From Planctomycetota bacterium (GTDB lineage: Bacteria > Planctomycetota > MHYJ01 > WSZJ01), in contig JBBTCT010000017.1 in assembly GCA_038060895.1 (NCBI GenBank), positions 1 to 64,000 on the forward strand: DNA of 64,000 nucleotides, in the 5' to 3' direction. The notes beneath the pieces are model-generated. The model searched no databases. It saw only the letters and a program-made list of their open reading frames with translations, and was not told the origin of the DNA. The stretch's first letter is position 1, and each line of letters begins with the position of its first letter. This document shows, one piece after another, positions 18,959 through 29,300 of the stretch. Made by a program: the position numbers and the translations under genes.

Positions 18959-21447
18959 TGGGCAAGCAACCGCCTCCGAAAAAGGGTGGATCTCCCCAGC
19001 CGCCGCCGAAAGGCAGCGGCTGGCGCCAGGTTCCGCCGCCGAAACCACCGCCCAAGCCGCCGCCCCCGCCGCAGAAACGCGCTCCGGCGAAACCGCCCGC
19101 GCCGCTTCAGCTCGCCGCTCCCAAGGGGTCGAAAGAAATTCACTTTCCCTGCCCCGCCTGCGGTAAGCCCTTCTCGATGCCGGGACGCGCCGTGGGACGG
19201 AAGGCGCGGTGTTCCTGCGGGTGCCGGATGGTCATTCCGACGCCGGGCGGCGTGCCGCGCGCGCTGTGGATGCCCTCGGAGGAGCAGATCAAGAAGTCTG
19301 CGCAGCAGTGGAAGACGATCGAGCCCGGGGAAGATGGACAGAATGCCAGCGAAATCGCGCTCGAAACGAGCCCGACGAAGATCGCGATGTACATCGGCGT
19401 CGTGCTCGCGTGCGTGATCGGCTACTTCGTCTTCCAGAGCCAGCAGGACAAAAAGAAGGGACCGACGGGGCCCAGCACTCCGATGGATCTGACGACGATC
19501 GAGGCACCGAAGGACCTGGCGCCGGGCGAACTCGCGGGGATGTGCCAGCAGGCCGTTTTCACGGTCGAAGCCGTGGATGGGAAGGGCGCCGTGATCTCGA
19601 AGGGGCCGGGGTTCCTGGCCGTCAAGAGCGTCGTCGCGACGTCGCTGACGGGCATTCTCGGCGCCACGACGATTCGCTTCCGCTCCTGGGACGGCGCCGT
19701 CTGGCAGGCGCTGAACGTCGTCAGCATGGACGATGCGACGGACGTCGTTCTGCTCGAGCTTCCCGGGCTGGACAGGCCGCCGATTCCTCTCGATGAAACG
19801 GGAGTTACGGAACCGGGGAGCGCGGCGTGGATCGGCTGGCCCGTCAAGAGCCCGGCGTCCGCGGCGTTCGCGAAGTCGCCAGGCGCAGGCGCACTTCGGC
19901 TGTCGAAGAGTTTCATTTCCGGTGCGCCCGTCATGGGGCCGACGGGAAAGCTGCTGGGTATGACCGTCGCGTCGGCGAAGGGCGAGCACGAAGTCGTGCC
20001 CGCAAAGACGATCCTGGCGCTCGCCGCGAAAAAGCAGGGGCTGGGCATCGTCGAGGCGCTCTCGGTAGAGGCCGGGGGAATGCATCGCGGCGACCCGCTG
20101 ACGGTCGGCCGCCTGCTCGCGAAGGGCCGGACCGCGATCGCGATCAAGTTGCTGGAGAGCGAGATCGCACGGGGCGGAAGCGGCGAGGCGGTCGTGTGGC
20201 TCGGCGAAGCGCTCCTGGCGGAGCACCGGCCGCGCGCGGCGGCGCTTCGGTTTGCGACGGTGAAAGACTCCTGGAAAGCTCGCCGCGGCGAAGGGCGGGC
20301 TCTGCTTGAATCCTGGGAAACGCCGGGCGCGCTCGCGGCCTACCGTGCGGCGGCCGCGTCGGGAGGATCTGCGGATGCCGGGGTGCTCGCGGGCCTGGCG
20401 GTCGCGCTCGCCCGTGCTGGAAATCCCGCGAAGGCCGTCGTGACGGCCGAGGCCGCACTGAATGCAGCGGACCTCGACACGCGGGCGCTCTCGATGGCCG
20501 CGATCGCCGGCGCGACCGCCAGGAACGATGCCGTCGAGAAGAAAGCGCTCGAGGCGCTCGAAAAGCTGAAGCCCTCCGACTCCGATCTGTATCTCGTCCG
20601 CGGTGAGTGCGCCCTCGCGCGCGGCGATTCGGCCGGGGCCGAAAAGGCGTTCGCCTCCGCAAAGGACGCAGGCGGCGGCTCACGCGCCCTTGCTTCGCGC
20701 GGTCGGGCGCTCGAAGCGCTGGGACAGAAGGACGCGGCTCGCGAACTTTACGTCGAGGCCGCGGACGCGAACCCGCTCGACGAAGATGCCTGCATCCGCG
20801 CGGCGGATGCCCTGACTGCGGCACAAAAGCGCGAACGCGCGCTCTCCGTATTGTCCGCCCTGCTTTCCGCCGATCCCGCCCACGCGGCGGCCAATGCCGC
20901 GGCCGGCCGTGCCCTTCTCGCAACCGATCCCGCGAAAGCGCTTCCTCACCTCGAGCAGGCCGCCAAGGCCGATCCGGATAATGCGGCCTTCGCGCGACTG
21001 CTCGCGCAGGGGCATACCGCGACCGGGGACAGGCCGTCGGCCGAGAATGCGCTCGCGGCTTTCCTCACGCGCCACGCGCACGACGAAGCCAGGATTGACC
21101 TGGCGCTGCTTCAGGCCTCAAGCGCACCGCAGAAATCCGGACCGACGCTCGACGCGGTCCGCGCGAGCACAGGTCCCGTCGCCGCCCGCGCCTCCCACGC
21201 CCGCGCCACCGCGCTTCTGGCCCTCAACAAGGACGCCGAAGCCCGCCAGGCCTGGGATCTCGCGGTTTCCCTCGACCCGTTGAACGGCTTGTATCGCTTC
21301 CAGCGCGCCGTCGCCGCCGAATCCGGCGACCTTCACGAATCACGCGCTCTCTGGGAGGGCTATGTGGTGTGGGCAAAGAAGAGCGCGGAAGACGCGGCGA
21401 GGCTCCAGGCGGCCGAGAGGCGCCTGCTTGAGAGATTTGGGCGCTAG
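18958..21447 (+). CDS. Pro-rich / Zn-ribbon / TM / degenerate trypsin-like / TPR protein
   Basis: CPACG..CSCG, TM segment, HtrA-like GPGF...DVVLL...ISGAPV, Ala-rich TPRs. Confidence 0.7.
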   Translation: MGKQPPPKKGGSPQPPPKGSGWRQVPPPKPPPKPPPPPQKRAPAKPPAPLQLAAPKGSKEIHFPCPACGKPFSMPGRAVGRKARCSCGCRMVIPTPGGVPRALWMPSEEQIKKSAQQWKTIEPGEDGQNASEIALETSPTKIAMYIGVVLACVIGYFVFQSQQDKKKGPTGPSTPMDLTTIEAPKDLAPGELAGMCQQAVFTVEAVDGKGAVISKGPGFLAVKSVVATSLTGILGATTIRFRSWDGAVWQALNVVSMDDATDVVLLELPGLDRPPIPLDETGVTEPGSAAWIGWPVKSPASAAFAKSPGAGALRLSKSFISGAPVMGPTGKLLGMTVASAKGEHEVVPAKTILALAAKKQGLGIVEALSVEAGGMHRGDPLTVGRLLAKGRTAIAIKLLESEIARGGSGEAVVWLGEALLAEHRPRAAALRFATVKDSWKARRGEGRALLESWETPGALAAYRAAAASGGSADAGVLAGLAVALARAGNPAKAVVTAEAALNAADLDTRALSMAAIAGATARNDAVEKKALEALEKLKPSDSDLYLVRGECALARGDSAGAEKAFASAKDAGGGSRALASRGRALEALGQKDAARELYVEAADANPLDEDACIRAADALTAAQKRERALSVLSALLSADPAHAAANAAAGRALLATDPAKALPHLEQAAKADPDNAAFARLLAQGHTATGDRPSAENALAAFLTRHAHDEARIDLALLQASSAPQKSGPTLDAVRASTGPVAARASHARATALLALNKDAEARQAWDLAVSLDPLNGLYRFQRAVAAESGDLHESRALWEGYVVWAKKSAEDAARLQAAERRLLERFGR

Positions 21448-24191
21448 AACGAGAAGCCCACGGTCAGCCGCACGGTGAAGGGCTGACGGCTGTCGGTCGG
21501 CTGGGCGAACTCGAGACCGATGGGAATTGGAAAGTTCTCGAGAAGCCAGAGTTCCGCGTACACGCCGCCGCCGACGGAATGACGCCAGTCCGGGTGGTAC
21601 CAGCGACGAAGGACCCGGTTCGGGTGGTCGTCGGTGAGGAAGCCGGCGTCGGCGAAGACGTAACCGCGGATGTCCTTCAGCAGGAAGACCTGCCCCGGCA
21701 TCGACCAGTTGATGTCGCGGACGATCGGAAAGCGCACTTCGAGGAATCCGCTGGCGACTTTCTCCCCCCAGATAGAGCCGCGCCGGTAGCCGCGGATCAC
21801 GTCTGCGGCGTCGGTCGCGTCTGCGTCGCGGCCGAAGGAGAGGTTTCCCCTGGATCCGAAAGCGACGACGATGTCCTCGAAGACTTCGATGTACTGGCGG
21901 TGGGACCAGAAGTAATTGGTGCGCCGCTCCTGGCTGCCGAGACCGCGGGCGAACCATGAAGCGCCAAGGGTCAGGTGCCATCCGCCTATGGGATTCAGGC
22001 CGCGGCTCCGGACGCTGTGGTGCGTCGCCGCGACGAGGAGGGCGCCATTTCGGGGGGTCTTGTTGTCCAGATCGCGGTCTTCGTACCTGATGCGGTTTTC
22101 GTACAGCGTGTAGCCCAGGGTGATCCGGCGGTACGGATCGATCGGCAGGATCGTCCCGGCGAGGAATCCGAACTGGTGCTCCCGCCGGAAATCGTCCCTC
22201 TCTTCGAACTCCGAATTGCGATTGAAAACGTCGACGACGAACCCGACCGGCAGCATCAGATTCACGTACGCGAGGTTGGCATCCACGCGGACCCCGTCCA
22301 TCGTCCCCACGATATTCGCGTTGGCGGCTACGAACTGCCGCCCGGTCAGGGTGCTGACGGACGCGATGTTGACGAGCCCGAGGGGGAGCAGGAAATCGAA
22401 GTGCCACCGGTCCGACAGCGGACCGATTTCGAACTTCTCGGCAGGCTTCACGAACAGGCCTTCGTAGTCTCCGCCCGGGGCCCCGCTCGGGACCGGCCGC
22501 CATTCTGACGCTTCGAGCGCGAGCCTCGTCTTCCAGATGTGGAACTCGCCGTGCCGGTAGACGGAGAAGGCCAGTTCGCCGTCCGCTCCCCAGGTCGGGC
22601 TGACGGCGCCGCACGGGACATTCGTCACGCGCTGCGCATTTCCGCCGTCCAGCTCCATGACCCACACGTTGAAGGTCCCGCCGTCGTCGCTCGCGTACGC
22701 CAGGTACTTTCCGTCCGGTGAGAATTGAGGCGTCATCTCGTTTGCGGCGGTCTTCGCGAGCGGAACGGTTTCCCCCGTGGCGACGTCAACGGCGTACAGG
22801 TCGCCCTGGCTCTCGTGCTCGCTGGTGTACGCAATCGTTTTCCCGTCCGGGCTCCAGCACGGGTGGTCGTCGTGCCACCGGTCCTTCGTGAGCTGCGTCA
22901 GCACCCCTGTCTCGATGTCGCCGATCCAGAGGTCGGTCCGGCCGCCCTTGATAGCGCTGAACGCGACCCGCTTCCCGTCCGGGCAGAAGGCGGGGCTGGA
23001 AATCTCCTCAAATCGGAAACCAAGGTGCTTGATCGGAGTCAGCGCGCCCGTCCCGCACGTGTACACGTCCTTCCGCTGCCCCCACTCCCCCACGAACGCG
23101 ATCCGCGAGCCGTCCGGCGACCAGGAAACCCCGCTGGGCGACGGGTCGGCGAACTCCACGATTTCGCCGGCCTGGAACAGAAGAGGCGAAGTGCGGCCCT
23201 TCCCGTCCGCGCCGACGACGTGGACGGACCAGACTCCCGACCGGTCACTGAGGTACGCCAGCTTCTTCCCGTCCGGGGAATACCGCGGAGAGAGGTTCCA
23301 GCGGCGGTAATGAGAATCGTTCTTCGTGAGCGGCGAAGCATAGGCGCCCGGCTCGCTGGTGCCGGCCGCCTCCTCCGTAAACCTCCGCTTCAAGGAATCG
23401 CGGAACTCCGCGTCGAAATCCGAGTAGCTCTTCTTCGTGATCGGTTTCAGCTTCGCCGACGCCGGCCACGGAAACCCGTCGAACGCCTTGAACAGCTTCT
23501 TCACGCTCCCGTCGCCATACGTCGTCTCAAGGTGCCTCAACGCGAAACACCCGGTGATGTACGCCTCGCGAATCTCGTGGGGGTTCAGGTGCGCGAAACC
23601 GTGCAGGTTGTAGAGGTGGTGCAACCGGCCGTCGAGCACCGCGTCGCGGAGCATCATCACGTCCCAGGTGTCCACGTCATGGCTTTCGTACTCGGCCAGG
23701 CCCTCCACGTACCACTGCGGGAGAAGGGCCTCCTTCGCCAGCGGGTACGACGGGATCTTCCACGAGTAGTACTCGTTGAACATGAGCTGGTGCGTGAACT
23801 CGTGCTGCACGAGACGTTGCATCAGCTTGTCGCTTCCGATGCAGGGCACCACGATCCGGTCCTGGAACCACTCGGTCACGCCGCCGACACCTTCGGGCAG
23901 CCCGTCCTCGAACACCGTCGTCGCCTGGAAGTCGTTCACGCTCCGGTAGACGAAACAATGCGCCGGCCGGCGGAGCTTCGCGCCCAGAGCCGGCCCTTGC
24001 TTCATGTACGCGTCCTCGAGCCACGCTCCGACCTCAAGCGCCCGATCGCGAATCTCCTCGTCCCCGTAGTGGACGAGAAAATTGTCCGTCGTGATCGTCC
24101 TCCATTCGCGCTTCGGCCTGGTCCGCAATTCCTGCTGGGCGGCGGCGGGAAGAGCGCACAGCGCGATGGCCAGGATCGCGGCGATTCTCAT
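21444..24191 (-). CDS. Omp85-family outer membrane protein with N-terminal gluzincin and TolB-like (PD40) propeller
   Basis: HEFTH...WYVEGLAEY, repeated WSPDGK, beta-barrel ending VGFSF; start ATG 24191 with signal peptide. Confidence 0.85.
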   Translation of the reverse strand: MRIAAILAIALCALPAAAQQELRTRPKREWRTITTDNFLVHYGDEEIRDRALEVGAWLEDAYMKQGPALGAKLRRPAHCFVYRSVNDFQATTVFEDGLPEGVGGVTEWFQDRIVVPCIGSDKLMQRLVQHEFTHQLMFNEYYSWKIPSYPLAKEALLPQWYVEGLAEYESHDVDTWDVMMLRDAVLDGRLHHLYNLHGFAHLNPHEIREAYITGCFALRHLETTYGDGSVKKLFKAFDGFPWPASAKLKPITKKSYSDFDAEFRDSLKRRFTEEAAGTSEPGAYASPLTKNDSHYRRWNLSPRYSPDGKKLAYLSDRSGVWSVHVVGADGKGRTSPLLFQAGEIVEFADPSPSGVSWSPDGSRIAFVGEWGQRKDVYTCGTGALTPIKHLGFRFEEISSPAFCPDGKRVAFSAIKGGRTDLWIGDIETGVLTQLTKDRWHDDHPCWSPDGKTIAYTSEHESQGDLYAVDVATGETVPLAKTAANEMTPQFSPDGKYLAYASDDGGTFNVWVMELDGGNAQRVTNVPCGAVSPTWGADGELAFSVYRHGEFHIWKTRLALEASEWRPVPSGAPGGDYEGLFVKPAEKFEIGPLSDRWHFDFLLPLGLVNIASVSTLTGRQFVAANANIVGTMDGVRVDANLAYVNLMLPVGFVVDVFNRNSEFEERDDFRREHQFGFLAGTILPIDPYRRITLGYTLYENRIRYEDRDLDNKTPRNGALLVAATHHSVRSRGLNPIGGWHLTLGASWFARGLGSQERRTNYFWSHRQYIEVFEDIVVAFGSRGNLSFGRDADATDAADVIRGYRRGSIWGEKVASGFLEVRFPIVRDINWSMPGQVFLLKDIRGYVFADAGFLTDDHPNRVLRRWYHPDWRHSVGGGVYAELWLLENFPIPIGLEFAQPTDSRQPFTVRLTVGFSF

Positions 24192-24199
24192 GACGCGTG

Positions 24200-25342
24200 C
24201 TAGCGCCGAAGCGCTGCCTCCACGGCCGCGCCCGTTTCCAGGCCGATGATGTCGAAGGCGGCGCGGGGCCTCGAGAAGCGGCGTGCGGCCTCCGCCATCC
24301 GGCGCCGCATGTTTTCGTCCGCGAGAAGCTGACGGATCTTGAATTCGAGCGTTGCGGGGTCCTTTGCCTTCACGGCAGCGCCGCACTCCATGAGGTAATC
24401 GCAGTTGCGCTCCTCCTGCCCCGGGATCGGCGCGTACGCGACGATAGGGCAGCCCCGCGCGATCGCCTCCGACACCGACAGGCCTCCGGGCTTGGTCACG
24501 ACGAAGTCCGCGGACGTCAGGTAGTTCTCCATGTCCGTCACGAATCCGCGAACCTCCAGCCGCTTCCCCGAGGGCGCCTGGATCGCCGACAGTTGCTTCC
24601 TCAGGTCCTCATTCCTGCCGCAGACCACGGCCACCTGGAAGTTTCCGGGCGCCTTCAGCACCTGCGCGACCGTGTCCCCGACGGCCCCGACCCCGAACCC
24701 TCCGGAAAGCACCAGCACTGTCGGCATTCCCGCGTCCAGCCCCGCCGCCTGCGCCGCGGCGGCGCGCGAGCGCTCCTTCGAAAACACCGGGTGAATCGGA
24801 ATCCCCGCCACGATGATCCGCTCCAGCGGAATCCCCTTCCGGTGCACCTGCCACCTCACTTCCTCGCTTCCCACGTACCAGCGGCTGACCTGCTCGTGAA
24901 TCCAGAAGAAGTGCACGTCGTAGTCCGTGATGCAGACGCTGATCGGGGGAAGAGAAGCGCGTTCCTTGCGCTTCGAAGAGAGGAGAACGTTGGACGGCAG
25001 GAAGTGAGTCGTGAGGATCCGGTCGGGCTTGAATTCCTCGACGAGCTTGTAGAGGCCGCCGGCGTTGAAGCGGTCGAGGACGCGCATGACTTTCGCAGTC
25101 TTTGAACTCGCGGACTTCTTGTCGTAGTACTCGTAGAAATATCCCCACACCTTGGGGATGTGGTTCACGGCCTCGAGGTAGGACTGCGCGTACCACTTCT
25201 TGAAGAGCTTCGGCGTGAAGTCCAGCGCGTCGTGATTGCGGACTTCGAGGTCGGGGCGCATTTCCCGGGCGGCGGCTTCGAGGGCCTGGGCGGCGCGCAG
25301 GTGGCCTGCGCCTGCGGAAGCGGCGAGGATGAGGAGTTTCAT
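24200..25342 (-). CDS. Diacylglycerol glycosyltransferase (MGDG synthase/UgtP, GT28)
   Basis: SAGAGH, ITDY..H..W, GIPI, TKPGG, PIPGQEERN. Confidence 0.9.
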   Translation of the reverse strand: MKLLILAASAGAGHLRAAQALEAAAREMRPDLEVRNHDALDFTPKLFKKWYAQSYLEAVNHIPKVWGYFYEYYDKKSASSKTAKVMRVLDRFNAGGLYKLVEEFKPDRILTTHFLPSNVLLSSKRKERASLPPISVCITDYDVHFFWIHEQVSRWYVGSEEVRWQVHRKGIPLERIIVAGIPIHPVFSKERSRAAAAQAAGLDAGMPTVLVLSGGFGVGAVGDTVAQVLKAPGNFQVAVVCGRNEDLRKQLSAIQAPSGKRLEVRGFVTDMENYLTSADFVVTKPGGLSVSEAIARGCPIVAYAPIPGQEERNCDYLMECGAAVKAKDPATLEFKIRQLLADENMRRRMAEAARRFSRPRAAFDIIGLETGAAVEAALRR

Positions 25343-25391
25343 GGGAGAAGGTTATTCAGTCCGCCGCCCGGTGGCCAGCAATGCCCTTGCT

Positions 25392-26024
25392 TCAACGCAG
25401 ACTTTTCGGAATCCCGATGTCGGCAACTACGACCTCGCCGGTAAACGCGCGGCCGTTTTCAAATCCGGATTTCGTGGCGTGCATCGTCACCGTCTTCGTC
25501 GCGCGAACCGCCGTCCCGAGCGGTTGCCCGGTGTCGCCATCCAGGCCGCTCGGGATGTCGACGGCGAGGACCGGCGCGCCGCACGCGTTGACGGCGTCGA
25601 TCACGGCCGGCCAGGGCTCGCGCAGCGGTCCCGACAACCCGGTGCCGAACAGCGCGTCGACGACGAGGACCGCGCCGGAGAGCGCGGAACGGAACTCCTC
25701 GATCCACGCCGCCCCGATCGAGCGGACCTCGGCGCCGGAGAAACGAAGCGCCCGGTAATTGGCGAGGGCGTCTCCCTCAAGACGCGCTGGCTCGAGAGCC
25801 ACGACGCGCACCGGTGCGCCGCCGCTGTCCAGTAGCCGCGCCGCCACGAAACCATCGCCACCATTGTTCCCACGGCCGCAGACAACCACGATCAGGCCGG
25901 AGGCAGCCATGCGAAGCGCCTCTTCTGCCACCGCGCGGCCGGCATTTTCCATCAGCACCGCCGCGGGAATTCCGGTTTCTTCGATCGCGCGTTTTTCGAG
26001 GGCGCGCATTTCGGCGCAGGTCAT
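25392..26024 (-). CDS. nnrE: NAD(P)H-hydrate epimerase (YjeF N-terminal, stand-alone)
   Basis: LMENAG, GRGNNGGDG, VDALFGTG, DIPSG. Confidence 0.9.
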   Translation of the reverse strand: MTCAEMRALEKRAIEETGIPAAVLMENAGRAVAEEALRMAASGLIVVVCGRGNNGGDGFVAARLLDSGGAPVRVVALEPARLEGDALANYRALRFSGAEVRSIGAAWIEEFRSALSGAVLVVDALFGTGLSGPLREPWPAVIDAVNACGAPVLAVDIPSGLDGDTGQPLGTAVRATKTVTMHATKSGFENGRAFTGEVVVADIGIPKSLR

Positions 26025-29000
26025 CGCCCTCCCCCTTTCGACTCCCGCAGGCGCGCGAGCGCCAGCTTCGGTTCCTCGGCGCGGCGAGGGAGATTGGCGG
26101 CCTCGGCAATCCGGATGGCCTCCTCGAGCAGCGATTCCGCCACGGCCCTGTTTCCCGCGGCGGTCTCGAGTTCCGCGGCGCCCATGAGCGCGGAAATCCC
26201 GTTCAGCTTGTGGGTCGCCCGGCGTACAAGCGCGAGGCCCTCCTCCAGCGCCGCACGGGCCCCCGCCTCGTCCCCCAGCTGCTTCCTCGCCCTCGCGAGC
26301 CGGACAAGCGCGACGCCCTCTTCGCCGCGAAGCCCCAGCTCGTCCGAAATTCCAAGCGCCTCCTCAAGCCGCGACCGTGCCGACGCCGCGTCGCCGGCGT
26401 GAAGGTCCAGCTCCGCGATCTGGACGAGCAGGCCCAGGATGAGCCGCTTGCCTCCAAGGCTCCGCTGGATTTCCAGCGCTTCCTCCGCCATTCGCCGCGA
26501 CGCGGCGCGGTCTCCTTCTTCCGCGGCGACGGAAGCGAGGTTCGACAGAAGAGTCGCTCCTGTGCCCCTGTCCCCGGTCAACCGGGTGATCTCGAGTCCT
26601 TCCGTCCAGCACCGCTTCGCCCCCGCGGCGTCCCCTGCCTCTGAGTAGACGTTGCCCTCGGCGGTCAGCGCGCTGGCGAGGATCGGCCTCAGCCCCAGCT
26701 CGCGCGCGAGCGCAACCGCCTCCTGCACCGAGGCGAGCGCTTCTTCGCGCCGGCCGAGCTGGCGCAGGATCGTGCAGCGCTGCGACAGGGTGCTCGCGAG
26801 ATTGATCCGGTCTCCCGATTCGCGAAGGATCGAAGTGGACTCCTCGACGGAGCGAATCGCTTCCTCGAATCGCCCGCGATTGCGGAGCAGGAGGCCGCGC
26901 CCGCGCAAGGCGATGGCAAGAAGACCCTGCGAGCCGGCCGCGCGCATGGCGGCGATGGCCTCGTCGTAGTCGCGCTCCGCGCTGTCGTACTGTCCGCGAC
27001 GCTGGCGGATCAGGCCTCGCTGCACCAGCGTTCTTGCGCGATACAACGTCGCTGCCGGATCGCTCTCTCCGTCGTGGACGAGGCTGTCCGCGGCCGACGC
27101 GGCTTCGTCGAGCCGGCTGGAGGCGGCGAGAGCGCACACATGGAAATACCTGGCTTCTATCCTTGAGGCGGCGTCCACGCCCTCCAGGGCCCGCTCCGCG
27201 GCGGCGATGAACTCGGTGGGCCCGAGGGTTCGCTGCATGACGCACGCAACGTCGATGAGCGCGCGCGACCGCCGCGCCGGCGTCATCCCCGGCGAAGCTT
27301 CTACGATGGCGAGAAGCGCCGTGACGTCTGCTGGAATACCTGCGACCGCCGCGGCGCGGATCTCGACGCAGGCCGCGGCTCCTCCCGCTCCCAGCCGCCG
27401 AGCCTCACCCGCCGCGGCGGCCGCTTCGTCCCACACCTTCTCCGCCGCCGCTTCGTTCGCGAATTCAAGCCAGAGCCTTGCCGCGTCATCCGCCCGCCCT
27501 TCGAGCTCTCTCTGCTGCGCCGCAAGCCCTTTCGCACGCCGCCCGGCGCCGCCTGCCCGCGCCTCGAGCGCGACGGCCGCCGCGCCGTGAAGCCTCGCAC
27601 GGTCCCGCTTCGTCAGAAGCGAGTACGCCGCCTCCTGGATGAGGGATTGCCGGAACGAGTACTCCGAATCACCTGCAAGCGCAGAGGCGGCGCGCTCTTC
27701 GACGACTTCTTCGCGTGAAGCGGTGACCAGGTCGGGCCCGGTGTCGCGGCCGGCGACCTCGGCGAGCACTCCGCGCCAGAACGACTTGCCGAAGACGGAC
27801 GCGGTTTTCATGGCGTCACGTGCATCGCCGTTGAGGGCATCGAGGCGGGCGACCAGGAGTCCCTGGAGTCCTTCGGGCAGCCGCTCCGGCCGTCGCCCGA
27901 GGGTCGCAGGCATGCCTTCGAGCAGTCCTTCGTCGTCGAGCCAGCGGGCGAGCTGCGCGACGTAGAACGGCGAGCCGCCGGTGCGTTCGAGGAGGAATTG
28001 CGCCAGCCCCGGCTGGACCGGGCGCCCGATCGCGTCGGCGGCGAGTTCCACGACGGCTTCGGTGCGAAGTGGCCCGAGTTCGAGGCGTCGAAATCCTGCC
28101 GGGGTCGCGAAGCCGTGGCGGGCGGTCAGCACGATAGTCACGCGCGCGCGGTTGAGAAGCGGGGCCAGTGCCGAGAGAAGCGCGAGGAGTGCCGGATCGG
28201 CATTTTCCATGTCGTCGAGCACGAGGGCCAGCGGGGCGCGGCCGCGGAGCCAGCCCGCCCAGGCGGCGCGCGTCAAGTCGGCGAGATGCGCGGGGTCCAG
28301 CTGGTCGAGCCGGGCGCCGCCGGGATCAAGCCCCACGGAACGTGCGATGAGGTGAGCGCCGGTCGAGCGTCCGGCTTCGCTCGTGCCGGCGGAGTACCCC
28401 GCAGCGAGCCAGTCGATCGCCGGCACGCCGCCGGCCGCCCCGCGAATGAGGTCGGCGAGCGCTCCCAGGGGGACTTTCCCGCCCTCCGGCGCCCTCCCGG
28501 AGGCCGTCCACGGCGAGGGCGATGCCATCCGCAGCCGCGCCAGGAATTCCGCGGCCAGCCGCGATTTGCCGATGCCCGCTTCGCCCTCGATCACTACCAG
28601 CGCCCCGCCCGCGCGGTTCATCTCGAGCAGGCGCGCCAGCTCCTCTTCACGGCCGAAAAACCCGGCAGTTCGCGATTCCACGACGCCCGCTTTCTCGCCG
28701 ACCGCCTCGAACGACGCCAGGCTCTCCGTCCGCCCCTTCACGTGGACCGCTTCCATCGCCCGGTACTCGATCCGCCGAAACGTCGATCGCTCAACGCCGC
28801 GCGTCACGAGCACGCTTCCGGGTCGCGCCAGAGCCTCCATCCGCTGGGCCACGTTGACCGCGTCTCCCATGGCCGTCGCCCGGTCCCCCGCGACACTTCC
28901 CCACAGCGCTTCCCCCGTGTTGATGCCGATCCGAAGCGCGAGGTCCAGCTTCCGTTCGCGGTTGAATTCCGCGACTTCGCGCTGCATCTCGAGCCCGGAC

Positions 29001-29245
29001 TTCACGGCTCGAAGCGGGTCGTCCTCGTGCGCTGTCGGCGCGCCGAAGACCGCCATCACGGCGTCGCCGATGAACTTGTCCACGGTCCCGCCGTGTTTTT
29101 CGATCGCCGTGCGCAATCGACGGAAGAGCCCGTCGATGATGTCCGTCACGTCCTCCGGGTCCATATGCTCGGAGAGGCTCGTGAACCCCGAAAGGTCGGA
29201 GAAGACGACGGTCAGAATGCGGCGCTCAGTGGCGGGAGCGGACAT
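26021..29245 (-). CDS. Class III nucleotide cyclase + STAND/AAA ATPase + TPR protein
   Basis: FSDLSGFT, KFIGDAVMA, GDAVNVAQR; Walker A GEAGIGKS; Walker B LVLDD; C-terminal TPRs. Confidence 0.9.
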   Translation of the reverse strand: MSAPATERRILTVVFSDLSGFTSLSEHMDPEDVTDIIDGLFRRLRTAIEKHGGTVDKFIGDAVMAVFGAPTAHEDDPLRAVKSGLEMQREVAEFNRERKLDLALRIGINTGEALWGSVAGDRATAMGDAVNVAQRMEALARPGSVLVTRGVERSTFRRIEYRAMEAVHVKGRTESLASFEAVGEKAGVVESRTAGFFGREEELARLLEMNRAGGALVVIEGEAGIGKSRLAAEFLARLRMASPSPWTASGRAPEGGKVPLGALADLIRGAAGGVPAIDWLAAGYSAGTSEAGRSTGAHLIARSVGLDPGGARLDQLDPAHLADLTRAAWAGWLRGRAPLALVLDDMENADPALLALLSALAPLLNRARVTIVLTARHGFATPAGFRRLELGPLRTEAVVELAADAIGRPVQPGLAQFLLERTGGSPFYVAQLARWLDDEGLLEGMPATLGRRPERLPEGLQGLLVARLDALNGDARDAMKTASVFGKSFWRGVLAEVAGRDTGPDLVTASREEVVEERAASALAGDSEYSFRQSLIQEAAYSLLTKRDRARLHGAAAVALEARAGGAGRRAKGLAAQQRELEGRADDAARLWLEFANEAAAEKVWDEAAAAAGEARRLGAGGAAACVEIRAAAVAGIPADVTALLAIVEASPGMTPARRSRALIDVACVMQRTLGPTEFIAAAERALEGVDAASRIEARYFHVCALAASSRLDEAASAADSLVHDGESDPAATLYRARTLVQRGLIRQRRGQYDSAERDYDEAIAAMRAAGSQGLLAIALRGRGLLLRNRGRFEEAIRSVEESTSILRESGDRINLASTLSQRCTILRQLGRREEALASVQEAVALARELGLRPILASALTAEGNVYSEAGDAAGAKRCWTEGLEITRLTGDRGTGATLLSNLASVAAEEGDRAASRRMAEEALEIQRSLGGKRLILGLLVQIAELDLHAGDAASARSRLEEALGISDELGLRGEEGVALVRLARARKQLGDEAGARAALEEGLALVRRATHKLNGISALMGAAELETAAGNRAVAESLLEEAIRIAEAANLPRRAEEPKLALARLRESKGGGR

Positions 29246-29300
29246 GGGACGGGGATTCTATGCCGGGCCGACGAAAACTACTCGCATACCCGGACCCGGC

